In this document: one piece after another, positions 37,114 to 51,937 of the stretch
Layout of the letters: every line of letters begins with the position of its first letter
How positions within the stretch are numbered: position 1 is the stretch's first letter
Source of the DNA: Eledone cirrhosa
Lineage: Eukaryota
Assembly (NCBI GenBank): GCA_964016885.1
Contig: OZ024743.1
Coordinates: 118,172,001-118,236,000 of the forward strand
Direction: 5' to 3'
DNA length: 64,000 bases
Translations under genes and position numbers: made by a program
The notes under the pieces: generated by a model
Database searches by the model: none
Told to the model about the DNA's origin: nothing
What the model saw: the letters and a program-made list of their open reading frames with translations, nothing else

Positions 37114-37335
37114 GCGCGATGGATTGGCAGTATCGGTAGAAGGGCGGAGGCCATGGTTTGCAGCATAGAGTTACGGCCCTTTATCATCCGAGTTCAAATC
37201 CCGCCTAGGTTAACTTTGTCTTTCATCCTTATGGTGTCGATAAAATAAAGTACCAGTCACGCACTGGAGTCGATTTAATCGACCCCCCCCTTAAACAAAA
37301 TTACTGGCCTTGTTCCTATATAAGAAACCATTATT
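37114..37335 (+). mobile_element. tRNA-derived SINE
   Basis: A/B boxes, core, and 3' end GGCCTTGTTCCTATATAAGAAACCATTATT. Confidence 0.9.
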
Positions 37336-37336
37336 T

Positions 37337-37370
<34 letters not shown>

Positions 37371-37509
37371 AAACAATGGTTTCTTATATAGGCACAAGGC
37401 CATTATATTATTGTTGCTACTCTGAGCTTCTCAGATTTTCAAGGATCACGCAACTCTCTCTCTCGATCTCGATCTCTCCTTCTCTCTCTCTAACTCTCTT
37501 TCTCTCTCA

Positions 37510-37561
<52 letters not shown>

Positions 37562-37571
37562 ATGTGTGTGT

Positions 37572-37622
<51 letters not shown>

Positions 37623-39031
37623 TGTGTTACATATATATTAGACAGTAATAGCCAACACAAATGTCTTCGTAATCTTTTCCTTATTCGTTTTTTCAATAGT
37701 TCTTGCTTTTACCTTTATTTATTTCTCTCTTCGAATGGCTGCTCATGAATGTAGTTATGTTAAACTTACATCTATGTTAACAAGGCATTATTTTGTTCTA
37801 AATCAGAAATTTGTTTCATCCGCCAAGAACTCTTATTTTCCACATGATATCATAGGTCAAATATTTGTGATTAAGTAAAGCATAAGATTCCTTGTCAGAT
37901 TTCATAAGAGAAATGCTAATGATCTACGTGACACGACAGCAAAAACAAAGGGAAAATATCACTACCATCAATTCAATACTACTTGCATCCGTTCACACAT
38001 TTACTCATTCAAAGAATTTTTGCCATGATATTATTTGTGCACGCAGCTTTGCAATGGCCGAATGGTAATGGAAAGTAGGTATCAACCGTTTCACTTCATG
38101 TGTTGCCAGCTTATATCGCATTATTTGAGCAAAGATCTTGGTTATTTTACATACTTTGTGTTAGTATTGCATGTTCATGTTAGATTTTATGAGAATTGCA
38201 ATTGCAATCTTACGAGAAATAAACAAAAACAAATCTATTGTAGATTACAAAAGAAGGAACAGTCAAAATATTATTAAGGATATTCAAACTTGGAAACCAA
38301 AGAAAGAGAAAGGGACAAAATGACTTGTGTTATTGGCAAGGATTTCGTTTAGATGAAATGCATAATTGGGAGATGATCTTTGCTTCATGGTTGGTTTCAA
38401 AGAAATATTACAAAGCTTAAAAGGATATTATAGCAGCCAATCCAAGTCAAGCAAGTTAATGGGCTCTTATTCTTTTTTTACAGCAGAGTTAAAGGTGGAA
38501 GGGCAGCATAGATGACATTTGCTAGGCTGCCTCAGTGACTAGTCGAGGGGAAGGGAGCAAGAATTTACTATTCATGGCAACTCATAGGTTGCTGCATTAA
38601 AAAGCGGAATATAAAACCACCAAGTTATCCTTTGACCGGAGGCTTGGGTTGCCTGCTTGCAAGAGAGTGGATTCTTGCTAAGGCACTTAGGAGCTGGGCG
38701 GTGGAGTTAACTCGGCCGATCGATAAAATGTTAGTGACTCACGTATGATTTCCTAATTAAAACAAATTATCAATTTCTTATTTATGACATTGATGAATTA
38801 GAAAAAGGGGCTAAATTTAGTGGGATCAAAATAGGAAATCTTTTGTATAAAAGAACCTACTGATTTATCACTATTGCTTCATCTACCCCAGCAATATAAC
38901 TAGAGGGTCAGCCAACATGCTTTGTGGTATACAATTACATTACAATGTTTTGATGTTCAAATACCAACAGGGTGATTCCGTCTTTTATTCTTCCAGAATC
39001 AAATAAATAACAATCAAATGCACGTGATATA

Positions 39032-39143
39032 TTCTTCTTCTTCTTCTTCTTCTTCTTCTTCTTCTTCTTCTTCTTCTTCTTCTTCTTCTTCTTCTTCTTC
39101 TTCTTCTTCTTCTTCTTCTTCTTCTTCTTCTTCTTCTTCTTCC
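39032..39143. repeat. (TTC)n microsatellite, probably the (GAA)n tail of a minus-strand LINE remnant at ~39144-39350
   Basis: Direct reading. The adjacent GC-richer segment and the (AAG)n tail of the RTE at 41596 suggest a tail origin. Confidence 0.8.
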
Positions 39144-39714
39144 TGAGATGGCCGCGAGGGCAACGCACTCAAATACTTCTCCAGCGGGTCCTGTCAGAAG
39201 CAACCGTCTCCAAATAACCCAGCTGGATCTTCAAGCACGACTAGCCAAGCTCATGGATGTTATCCAACCATATTGCTCGGGATACACCCCTGGGTCTCCT
39301 ACCTGTTGGTTTCACCCGTAAAATCAGCCCAACAATTCTTTCATGAGACATTCAACCACATTCACAATATACTATAATATACTGTTCACGAAATATATTG
39401 CCCATGTTAAACAATTACTAATAATTTAAGAAAAAAACGATTTTATGTGCAAACCTACGCAATTTTTTGTGAATGAATACGGGGTTTACCCACAAGATAA
39501 TGAAGAAACTGAATTCTGTTTCCTTTGATTAGTTTCATATTCAATATACGTCTCGTAAGTTTACACACTTCATATCAAATCGTGTTGTTTCTTTGTTGAC
39601 ATTCATTGTGATAAAATGCATATAAAAATTGTAATTTATAAAAATTAAGAATATAACGTAAAACAAAGAAAATAGCTTTATTTATTATTTATGTTCATTT
39701 CAAGACAGCCATGT

Positions 39715-41612
39715 TACAGAGGTATTCGCGTTGTAGGTAAGGAGTAGGAACTAGTGAATGAAGCCATATGCTACCGGAATGATGTAGTCGGTGCTTCCTC
39801 GATAACTTTTCGTGACTCTGGTTCTGTAGATTTTAATGAAGACTGAATTTCCAATATTCAGTTAGTACGCGAGAAATGACTGACCAAGCGGCTGTGGGGA
39901 TAGTCAGAACGCCCTCTCCCTACTGTTAGGCCATGCTACGGACTGTATCTCATTAGGAAAGAGGATATGCCTCTTGAATCTTCAGATAAACGAGGGGGAT
40001 CTATGTGTGGTGCAACTTTATGCGCCAAACAGAGAGTTCAAAATCATACCCTTCCTTAGTGAAGTCACTGCAGTTTTTAGATGTAGTTAAGGCTTGGTCA
40101 TATAACCTAAAGGAAAACTTCGATGCACACATTGGTGCTGAACTTCTGACATGGAAAGGAGTGATTGGAAGGAATGGCGATCCTGATCTGAATATGAATG
40201 GAAAGGCGTTATTAGACCTATATTCAGCAGAGATAGGACGTTCAAATGTTATGACATGACAGGAACCGATTTCAGGTAAATAAATAAAGTTTTCTGACAG
40301 ACCATCCACCTACTTCCTGATAAGGTCTCCTTCTCCACACGTGCTTTCAGGAACGTGTTTGGGTTTTCTTTTTCTTGGAGAGTTGATGAGTATACTTTGC
40401 TGCTTTTCTAAATCCTTTCGCACAGCATCGACTGATGTGCAGGGGGTGCGTCTGGGATCGATGACTAACATTCCAGAGAGGGAGTTTACAAGATCAATGA
40501 AAGAGCTCAAATGAAATTCGACCCAGGATGTTAAAAGTCTCAAATATGAAAGATATTCTTGGACTAACTCGTATCAGGAAAGACACCTATGCTATGGCAA
40601 TCGGGAGTGATAATCCTCAATTTAAAAAAAGGAGCCAACAGAGATTGCTTCAGTTGCAGAGCGATCTCCTTGTTAAGCCTCTATAGTAAAGTATAAGCTA
40701 AGTGCTTGAGAGCTTCCTGTTGCCCTGATGTCTCTATACATATGCCCTACTATTTGTATCTGGATAAATGGTGCTAACTCGAAATCATTCAATGTGGGTG
40801 TCAGATTCCACCAAGGGTGCGTACTGTCACTTCTCTCCTTCATTATCTTCATAGACAGGATTACCATTCCCAGCCGTGTTGGAGGTGCTGTCAGGACTGG
40901 TGAATGTGGGATTAGTCGTCTGGAATTTGCCGACATATTGGAATTACTTAATTCTTCAGAAGATGATTTCCAACATGCACTTGATAGGTTTCCAGCTGAG
41001 AGGTTAAACTGAGGAATGTAGAGACTGAGAAACTCGTCCTCTCAGGGAAGCGTGTGGAGTGCACTCTACGTATGAGTAGGTTTCCACTGAAGCAGGCGGA
41101 GAACTCCAAGAATCTCGAAGTCGTGTGCATGAGTGATGGAAAGCAGAAAGTTGAATTAATTGCAAGAGTTATAGAAGCTGGTGCAGTAATGCGCAAGCTT
41201 CTGCATCCGGTCATCAGACGGGGGGATATGGGTGTAAAAGCCAAACTCGCTATCTTCAATTCGGCATTTGTGCCAACCATCAACTATGGTCATGAATATA
41301 TGGTCATGATCGTATGAATACGTTAGGGAATACAAGCGACCGAAACGAGGTTCCTCTGAAGGGCTTTTCGAATAACGCTACTCGATAGAGAATCACTCCA
41401 AATTGAGAGAAAACATAACCGATATTGCAGGCATAATGAGAAAAACCAGTCGGCACGAGCCCAAGGCTAGATACCGAGCAACATATTTGGATTATATACA
41501 GGAGCTTGGAAGGCCTCGGTTGCTTCTGCCAGGACATGCTGGATGGCCTGCTTGAGAACCCTGTCCACACGACTCTCTCGGGAATAAGTAGGCAAAGAAG
41601 AAGAAGAAGAAG
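39715..41612 (+). mobile_element. Decayed RTE-clade LINE (APE + RT) with (AAG)n tail
   Basis: APE-like FDAHIG...WKGVIGRNG...LNMNGKALLD. RT-like FNVGVRFHQGCVLSLLSFIIFIDRI...RLEFAD. C-terminal AKLAIFNSAFVPTINYGHE. Many stops. Confidence 0.85.
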
Positions 41613-42405
41613 TATCTTGGTCGATAGATGACGTAGAAATTCAGTATTATTGATCATGCGTTTCTCTGCCATTCGATCAGTTTAGATTTCCACTTCAGCT
41701 TTACATTAAATTTAAACTTTTTCCAGCGTTTCTTTATGATTCTGTTGCATTGAAAATCATAATCTTTTCATTGTAAAATCATTTAGGTGGCATAAGATAA
41801 AATTTTGTAATGGAAGGTGTAGAGTTGGATGATTAATATTTAAGTCGTGTTTGGTAGGATTTGAAATATTTAGCTTATAATTTGAGAAGGTCATAAATAA
41901 TCTGTTTTTTTTTTCTTTCTTTCAGTTCAGCTGAGGTCAAATTTTGTAGACATATTGAAAAATCAACATACTAATTTCATAATATCTTAATTCTATAATA
42001 TTGGTACCATATTTATTATTTCTATGTTAACAGAATTAAAGATGCTTGAATAAAATAGAAATTATGGCAATAACAAATGTAACAGTTATGAAAAGGTTGT
42101 GACGAGCGTATGTTTACGTAATTCGTCTTAAATGTCATAAAAATATCAAGATGTGTCACTAATTCAGGCCTCATGCCACTTTCTTTTATTTGATTTAGAA
42201 GGTGAAACCTTTAAAACAATATTAGTTTAGATTTCTTGCCTACAACGAGTCCACTTTACAATGTTTCTTAACACTAAACATCAGTAACTCTTCTTTACCT
42301 GACAGAAGTTTAAATCTACAAGCTATAAAAAAAAATTATATATAAACGTTTGTGTATTAAACACTGACACATGCCCACTCTCAGACACACATACTCACAC
42401 ATATA

Positions 42406-42467
<62 letters not shown>

Positions 42468-42522
42468 TTTCTCTTTCGCACTCTTTCTTTCTCTCTCTCT
42501 CTCTCATTCTTTCTCTCTCGCA

Positions 42523-42604
<82 letters not shown>

Positions 42605-42615
42605 GTATATATATG

Positions 42616-42646
<31 letters not shown>

Positions 42647-42653
42647 GTATATA

Positions 42654-42751
<98 letters not shown>

Positions 42752-44240
42752 CTTGCAAACGTTTGTTTTATTGCAATACCTTCGCGAAGAAGATTTTCTC
42801 ATAAAAATCAACTCGCCATAGAATATATTTGTTTTTCTATCTTTCGTCTGATATTCAGCCCTCTAGAAAGGTATCTACAGCAAATAAAATCAAAATAAAA
42901 AAATAAAAACCTTTACCAACAAATATTCATACCATTTAATGCCTGGCTAGAGCTATTATAGCTACTGACAAATTCTGGTCGTTTATACACATTTCCACGA
43001 TATACTTGACCAACTCCAGCAAACGAAATATTAAAGACGCTTGGTAAGAAGAATGTCAGAATCAAAGTAAAACATACTATAAATTGACATGCAAGCATAC
43101 TGAAGAAATCCATATTTATTTCCAAGTAATTTCCTAGTTTGAATATTAAACGCAAACATCTATCTGACATAGATTGTGAAATAAAATATTTTTCTTCTTT
43201 CTAGAGTTGTATTGTATAAAAGCCTAAAGCGTTTCTCTGAGACTAGAAAAAAAAAAACATTGCATAGAATACTTTCAATATAAAAAAAACGTCTACGATG
43301 CGGTTTTACAAAATTACTGAAAATTTAGCACGAGCTATTATTTTAGAATGACAAATGACTGAAATCTTTCATTTTGGTTCTACTGAAGAAGCGAAGTATC
43401 TGAGAGTTTGATCAAAGAAGAAATTTAAGATCAATACAAAATAAACTGTTGTTAATAAGCAATGAATTTGCAGAATCATTGGGGTGTCTTGCTATTTGTT
43501 CCGGCTCATTGCGCTCATCATTTCAGGGTCGATAACTAAATATCTGAGCGCGAACCTTTCTTTCGTTCAGACCGAGATGGGCTCCGCCAGTTTTAAGATG
43601 GCCGGAGCACAACTATTAGAACGGCGCCCCTAAAGCTGCCGTTGTAAACAGCATAAAAGGGATAATGTCTTGGTATCTCTTACTCCGCCCCTAGATGCTG
43701 ATATATGTTCGACTTATTGTGTTTCATTTGATATATACCCCGTGTCGATTAGTTTATGAAATGATCCTGAATTGGCATCTTATTGAACGCAGGAAGGTTT
43801 ATATGCTTAATTATGTCTTTCTGGGTTCAATTCAGCTGCCCAGGTGCTTTGGCAAAGTCTACTAGTGTACTCTCGGATTAACTTGTGAGTAAAATTTCAT
43901 TGAGGAAACTTAGATGTTATACTATATGAGAATTCATTAACACCGAATTAAATAGCTTTCCTCACTCAGTATTGAGGGAAATGATTTGAGAGTTATAGAA
44001 TTGTGTATATAATACATTTATGGAGATGTTCATCTGCATATGGTGCGGGTTTGACTAGCTGGTATGCATTATCAGTAGCCAAATACAGCGTGAGTAGGAG
44101 AGTACATGAAATCATAAACAATATATCTCTGTAAAATAGGCCTCGCTGTAGGTATTTTAAGTAGCAATCATGTCTCAGCTTCTTCAGTAACGACACGACA
44201 ACACCCTACATTATAGTATATAAGGATTTATTATTATTAT

Positions 44241-46060
44241 TAGTCGGCCAAGAATAGGAGGCAGGGTGGCAATACTGATAAGGAAAGGTCTAAATTTCGA
44301 GATAAGGTCGATCTTCCGGGATCCGGACAGTAACTTGGTGGTCCTGGACGTGAACAGTAGCGAAGGTAGTGCCTTTAAACTGGTGGGCGTTTAAGCGCCG
44401 ACCAGAGCCGGATGGTTGGACTTCTTTAGGCGCTTCGAAGCCTTTCTGGAAAGGTCTCGCCCTTTACTATATGCGGGGAACTGGAATGGTATCTTAGACG
44501 TTCAAAAAAGTCTCGAATATCTGATTCAGTTTAACTGTGTGACAGATGCCGACTAGATTTTCCTGATGCACCAGTGTGGACGTGGATCAACTGCATAGAG
44601 TCATGTAGATCGTATAAAGATAGTTTTTTTTTATTGGGTTAATATTTAAGGATAGAATAGGCTCTCCATAATTTCAAACGGTCGCCTATTCAGCACACAA
44701 GTTTGCGATCTGCATGGTCAACATAGATACAACACGCAAGTTAGGACATGGTTACTGGAAAAGAACATGTCGTTACCGGCACGTAAGAATTACAGGGACC
44801 AGGTCAACAATTTAGTTAAGCAAAAGTTGACAGTGGGGAAGTCAACAAAAGGTGGTGGTGGGTTCTCAAATGATAGATTGGAATAAACTCGATAGATTTT
44901 AGCAAAGACGTAGCGTTAGAGAAACATTAGATGGAGGGTTAGCTAGTAGATAAATTAGACAAGGCTATTTGTAATGGCATTGCAGCTGGCGTGCGAGAGG
45001 CGAGAATGGCATTAGCACATTTCATCAATGCGAAACGTGAAGGTTGCATTGACGGAGCTAAGGCACATTCTCTAAGAAACGAGGTAAAGAAAGTTGTTCG
45101 ATGAGCCCTTGTGGCAGAGGCGCAATGTGGAAAGAAAACTACAATTTGGTCTTTGACGGACCGCAAAAAACGAGAGCTCAACGATTCCAGGCAGATGTGT
45201 GAAAGCTTTTACCAGCTCTTTCGTCACGTTGAGTAGGGGGCGGAGATGGTAGCTGATTTTAGTCCCTACTTCGATGGCCTACCGCGTCAATTACTAGCCG
45301 ATGCTGAGTGCTGCGAAGAGCCGATAACATAGTTATGTCAGATGCGTTCGCTAATTTCCTCGAAGGGCTCTACTGCAATTGGTAGCAGAAAGGGAATATT
45401 CCCAGTTCTGTGAGCCAGGGCGTAGTGACGCTGATAAGGAAAGACGAGAACAAGTGGGTTACGGTAGATACTTGAGCCCCATAACTCTGCTAAACACAGA
45501 GTTTAAGACTTTGACCAAGTGCTAACGAAGGCGTCGTTATTTGTCGTCAAGGATTTGGTAGGGGAACAGCTGCAGTCTTGGGTCAAGACGTGACGGGGAT
45601 ATAGCGTGTGGCATCAGGAATGTGGCCAGGCGTTCACTGTCCTCCAATAGGCGGGTAATGTGGTCAGTTGAACTTGTACTCTCAAGTTCCATAGAGTATT
45701 AATGGTGGGCAAATGCTAAGACGCTCTCTGCGAGGCTCTGGGCTTCGACGAAGTCCAAGTGACCAGTATATTCCGGAGGAATTTCAAATTTTAAAGCCGG
45801 GGACTATGGATAACTTCCAGAAATCCCTCGCTTGGCATGGTGCCCACGAAGCGTCGGGTCGTTCAGGTGGGTGGGGTACATGAGTCGCCCTCGGGTGGTT
45901 GTCCTCCTATTGGGGAATGTAATTTGTTATAATTTTATTGATATTTTAAAATGTTATTTATATTATGTACACGTGGTTATATGTAAAAACCACACTACCC
46001 CTGTCTTAGTATTGTCCCCTATATGTCGGCTCTTGGGGCCAATGAATGAAATCATTATTA
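44241..46060 (+). mobile_element. Old L1/Tx1 subfamily-2 copy, 5'-truncated with large internal deletions
   Basis: Homology starts at ~14391 of copy C, directly after TTATTATTATTAT, and jumps near 45330, 45565 and 45835. Ends GGCCAATGAATGAAATCATTATT. Confidence 0.9.
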
Positions 46061-46080
46061 ATGATCATTATTAATGATCA

Positions 46081-46230
46081 TAAGGATGAAAGGCAAAGTC
46101 AACCTCGGCGGGATCTGAGTTCAAATCCCGCCGAGGTTGACTTTGCCTTTCATCCTTACGGGGTCGATAAAATAAAGTACCAGTAATGCACTGGATAATT
46201 GCTGGCCTTGTTCCTAAAGTAAAAACAATT

Positions 46231-46235
<5 letters not shown>
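46081..46235 (+). mobile_element. 5'-truncated SINE whose 5' end is a 34-bp fold-back inversion
   Basis: 46081-46114 is the exact reverse complement of 46125-46158; core and 3' end follow. Confidence 0.92.
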
Positions 46236-46311
<76 letters not shown>

Positions 46312-46703
46312 CAAACATATAATCCTTACATACATACATACATACAAACATATACGTACCTATAGATGAAAGCACTCTCTGTTTGAAAAATTATCCGTCC
46401 GAAACTACATAAACCCCGTGGTTTTAATTCCAACAGTAATATATATTGTATAACGTTTTAAAACTATGAAAGTATTGTATGCTACTAGTCTATGCAGTAT
46501 GAGGGTGATATGATTTAATGTTTTTATAAACAAATAAAATTTATCAATTATGTATTTGTTTTCTCAAACTTTAAACCAACCTTTAAGCGTAGGTGTTATA
46601 AGAAATATAAAAGTACATATAGAATTGTAAAATATATTCGTGATTCGAGATCGAATTTTATATTCTTTACAAAGTTTTGTATGTGCATGTGTTTTGTATG
46701 TGC

Positions 46704-46757
<54 letters not shown>

Positions 46758-46758
46758 C

Positions 46759-46856
<98 letters not shown>

Positions 46857-46924
46857 CATGTGTGTGTATGCATGTATATGTATGTATATGTTTGTAGCTT
46901 GCTTGAAGAATTGTTTAATATGTA

Positions 46925-48900
46925 ACACAAATTTTTATTTTGAAGACCAACACAATCCAGTCTTTTGGGATTCTGGATTATTGTTTCATTATCTGGCATG
47001 CAAGTATAGACAGACTTATTGAATTTAAAACACTTCTAAATGGACTCAACACAAACATTCAATTTACAATGAAATACAGCCATGAACAACTTCCTTTCCT
47101 CGACATCATTATCAAGAAAACCAACAACAAAATAGAACAGACGTATACTATAAACCCACAGACTCCAAACAGTATGTTCCATTCAACTCATGCCACCCTA
47201 GACACACCAAAATGAGCATTCCTTACAACCTAGACAAAAGGATCTGCGCAATATTATCTCATGCTACATACGTCTAGAAGAATTAAAGAACACACTTATT
47301 AGCAGGCATTACCCACCATCCCTAATCAACAATGGATTCCAACGTGCACTAAAACTCAACATCCAGGAACTTAGACACCCCAAACCAAGCAATGATATGA
47401 AATTGAAAACTCTACCATACATCTCCACACACAACCCCCTTAACAATGAGGCATACGACTCCATCCTCCAGAATATACCTTTACTTAAAGGAGACCTAAG
47501 AATAAATGAAATCATTCAAACGGACAGATCATAAAGAGCGAAAGACAACCCAAATCAATATAAAACATCCTTACACAGGCAAAAGTCTAGCTTACCTTCA
47601 CAATGAACCCTACAATAAAAAAAATACGGAAGACCCAACTGTGATATAGGTATCAATCTAATAGAGGGATCGGAGTTCCACTTGAAACAAGGACAACATT
47701 TTACAGATAAATACAATTTCGCATATGCATCAGAAGACCTGCTTTATTTGTTGACTTGCTCAGTTTGTCAAGAGCACTACATAGGACAGACTAAAAACAG
47801 CCTCCGCCAACGTATGACCGTTCATATATCCCAAATTAAAATACGGGACGGGAATACAGAAAGATAGCACTGAGTGAACACATTTGGACCTGCGCATCTA
47901 ATGAACAACCCAATTTCAGAATGTTTCCCCTCTACAAATTTACAGACAACGCTTCCTACATCCAGCGCATTAGCAAGAAACCACACTTTATCGCCAAATA
48001 CGAACCCCTTCTAAATTCATCCACTTCGGACTAAACTAAAGCTGGCACACTTTAAAATTAACGCCCTAGACAAATTAACCCTTTGGCAATGTATCCTTCT
48101 CCAAGATTCCAAGCAACCACACAGAAACACCCAATTCAGCTAGTCCTTAGGTTTTTCACGAGATAATTTGATAAATAGGCGCATTAACGTGTCAAATTAA
48201 ATGTTTTACAATATGTACGACCCGGTACGTTTTAGCTTTAAATCCCACCAATGTCATCCTTCTCTCTCATCCTTCTCTCTCACCCTTCATGGGCCCGCAA
48301 TATTTATGCTTTCCCGTAATCGATAAAACCCCTTTTCTCCATTCCCCTGAATCTGGAAGTCTCTGCTGAAGATAGAATAGTTATTTCAGTAACTCTGAAT
48401 CTTTTTTGTGGCAAAATCACAAAGTCAATGCTGATGATTTCTTCTAAGATAAAATACCAAGATATATATTTCTAGAGCCCCCCCCCCCCCCCGGTCAACT
48501 CTAACGTCATCCAACCTTTCAAACCAATCCCAGCTCGCTTTTGTTTCAATTTCTGAGAGTGGATTTCACAATAACAGACTTCTCCTTCTTCCCTCTCCTC
48601 CTCATCTCACTCTCCTCCCCCTCCCCCCTCTCTCCCCCAACTATTACCAAAATATGTATGTAAAAGTTAATAATTTTTCTTCCACATGTTATTATTATTA
48701 TTTGTATAAATATGTAACTTAACCATATTATGCATATCCGCAATTGACAATGCATATAATGCTGAAACCGGTACCATTATTAAATGCCGAAATATCCTCT
48801 TTATAAATATATAAAAAAATAATTAAATGTTTTGATATTACACTGAAAGAATCTCATCAGCATTTTCTACTGAAAAAATATTTTTCCTTTCTACTATTTG
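46925..48900 (+). mobile_element. Penelope-like element, 5'-truncated and decayed: RT C-terminus, GIY-YIG endonuclease and 3' region
   Basis: IQFTMKYSHEQLPFLDIII followed by frameshifted VYYKPTDSKQY. LLYLLTCSVCQEHYIGQTKNSLRQRMTVH (47682-47867) is a GIY-YIG motif. Flanked by (TG)n and (TA)n. Confidence 0.9.
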
Positions 48901-49474
48901 CTTTTATATGTATATATATATATATATATTGTTATTTGCCACTCTGTGTGTGGGGGGAGGGCGTGTGTGTGTGTGGATATATGTATGAATGTATCTATAT
49001 GATAGAAATAGAAAATACATCCAGAAAATTTCGTCATCTAGAGAGTTTAAAAATTACAAAAGGAAATGTCTTCACTATATTTTTAGTAGACTTTATGTCA
49101 ATTCGAATATAGCCTCCAAACTAGATTTATTACGTACGATAATGTAATTGAATTCGTAATTATTTTGTCTAAAGATGACGTAAACTAACTTTACTTGTTC
49201 CGAGAATTGAACAGAATGGAACAAAATTATGAACTCAAATGCGCTCCAGACTATCTATACCTTTTTGTTGTGTATATAGAAATACATGAAACAATGCGAG
49301 CTTCTTAAAACTATTGTAATGTGTAATTTGAGGACGATTCGTGTGCTATAGAAAGCAGGTGAATTGACCATGTAGGTAGAACTGTTCCCGTTTGTTCCGG
49401 TAGGAGCAGCAGCAAGAGCAGCAACAGCGTTAGTAGTAACAGCAGCAGCAGAGCAGCAGCAGCAGTAGTAGAAT

Positions 49475-49507
<33 letters not shown>

Positions 49508-51937
49508 AACTACGATGTTGGTGATATTGCTAGCGGTTGCTGTGATGTAGGATGAGGGGAGCAAGCAGCTGTAGTAGTCAATGTTTTGGTTTCTAATCCT
49601 CAGGTTGATCTTAAAATTGCCGCGCCTAAATTCAAGGGTCTACTAGTATTGTCATTCGAGATCACTTCATACAATTTGTGACACCTAATCAAGATCGTAG
49701 AGTGTGATGTAGACAGTTAGGTCTGGATATTTGGGAAAAATTCACATTACCTTCGCAGTTTTTCAGAGACCGGTGAGACTCATGCCGTTAATATTCAGAT
49801 GAGTAACACACAAATGAATGTCTGCAAGAAACACATTTTCAGGGAGAGAATTCCTTATTTTGTGAAGGAAAGAAAGGGCTACCTCTATTCAATAAAGAAA
49901 CCCCTATTCCACTAAGGATTTCTGCTTTCATTGGGTGTGTGATGTGATATAATGTTGGATACTGAGTGTATCAACAAATACTATGTCAACGTAACTTTAA
50001 GCTATATATATATATATATGGGAAGTGAAGGATGTAATTTGTTAATGATCAACATCAATATTTTAATGTTCATTCTGTGCGCCTGTATTGGTTGGACATG
50101 TTTGTCCTACACCACATTTATATAATATTTTGTCATCTTAGCTGTGAGACCAAGAATGCTTAATTTTTACCTCATCGTCATTCTTAATAACCTGAAATTT
50201 AAATATATCTACTTTCTGATCCAGTTTCTATTTATTAGAATAATCTCAATTAATTCATTCATACAATTGAGTATATATAAATGGGAAATCACGTTCTCGC
50301 ATTTTTTTAATACATATATTGAAAATACCACAGCTATTCAAGGAATATTCATTCAAATTCTCATTAAGGATAATCAATTGCCACATATTTAATTATTGCA
50401 GAAGTTTATGAAGATACGTAATAATAGAGATATCTTTGCAGAAATTCCTATATTTCTATGAAAAAAAAAATCATATTTTAATATTTCTTCATAAATCAAT
50501 ATATTCTTTCCGGCCCCTTTTTTTTCTGTTTGTGACAATCATACGAAATTTGCTTGATCGGTAATATAAAGTATATAATGTATTTGTTCATATCACTTCT
50601 TCGAAGCCATTAATTTCGTCGTTTCTGCGTCATATTATATTGACAGTTTCTTTTGTACTCAAGAGACCTCTAAACAAGCTCGTGTATAAAATTTGCTGAA
50701 ATGATCACAAATTTGGTTATAAAATTTGCAGCTTTCTCATTAACTGCCCACAAATTTTCGACAATTTATAAATATATTTGCTGTGTGCTTTTTCATATAT
50801 TCTGCGAGATATATATGCACAAACACATACACACACACACGCATACACAAACCCATTATCAATGCCCGAAACGAAATGATCAACACATGCGCGCGCGCAC
50901 ACACATATACATACATATATATATATATGTCTGTGTGTGTGCTACCTGTGTGCAAATATTGTATTTTTTCTTCAATACGTTATATATTTTACTACAAAGA
51001 AAAACAAGCCACAAACAGTTGGTTTCTTCTAGAGAGAAAATAAAAAGCATAGAAAAGAAATAGAAAAATATCACCAAACGATAAAGGTATTTTGAAATAA
51101 ATGTGTTGTTGAAATAAAACTGCTTTGCCCATAAAAAGCAATTTGATTATCAATGCCCGAAACGAAATGATCAACTTTAGGAGACAATTTAATATTTTGC
51201 AATAATTTACAATTATCTGATAAGTTTAATTTTTTCCCTTTCCTATGTTTTCAAGTACATTAGAACGCACATAAGGTTTTCTGTTTTAATATTGATAATG
51301 TATTAAATATTGATTTATGTCGACTACGCTCAATACCTTAAATTTAAAGAAGGCAGAAATGTAACATACATAACTATCAAAGGTATATAAATTACAAATT
51401 GGAATCGACACAAGCTTTAGGTTTATCATAACTCTACCTTCATGCTTAACATTTAATATTGCTCGCCTTCGTATCACAACGAGAAAGAAAGTGTTGATTT
51501 ATAGTATAACTACATTATAAAAAGCGAGAATCAGATATTCGTTCAACTTTATCGATCGATTATTATCAAGAGAATTAGCAGGAAGTAAAAACAGGAACCC
51601 TGCTGCATATTTATATTATTTACAGTGTGTCTGTCTCTTGTTCAACGTTTCTATTATTACCATTAATATATGATATTTGCCTCATATCTCTGATGAAATT
51701 CAATTATAAAAACTTTTCCTGAGTATTTTTCTTTTGTGGATTATTTTCCGAATTGGGACTTCCGAACATCTATTACAAAACTTGGAGCAGACACTAAGTC
51801 TCTCTTTTAGACATTTCATTTTAATTTCTGGTGTTTAAAATTCACAATATTTAGCATGTCTACTAGAGGAGCAGTAGAAGGTGATATCACGAAAAGGAGT
51901 TTCACTGGAGATTGTCTTTCAATAAAAATACAGAATT

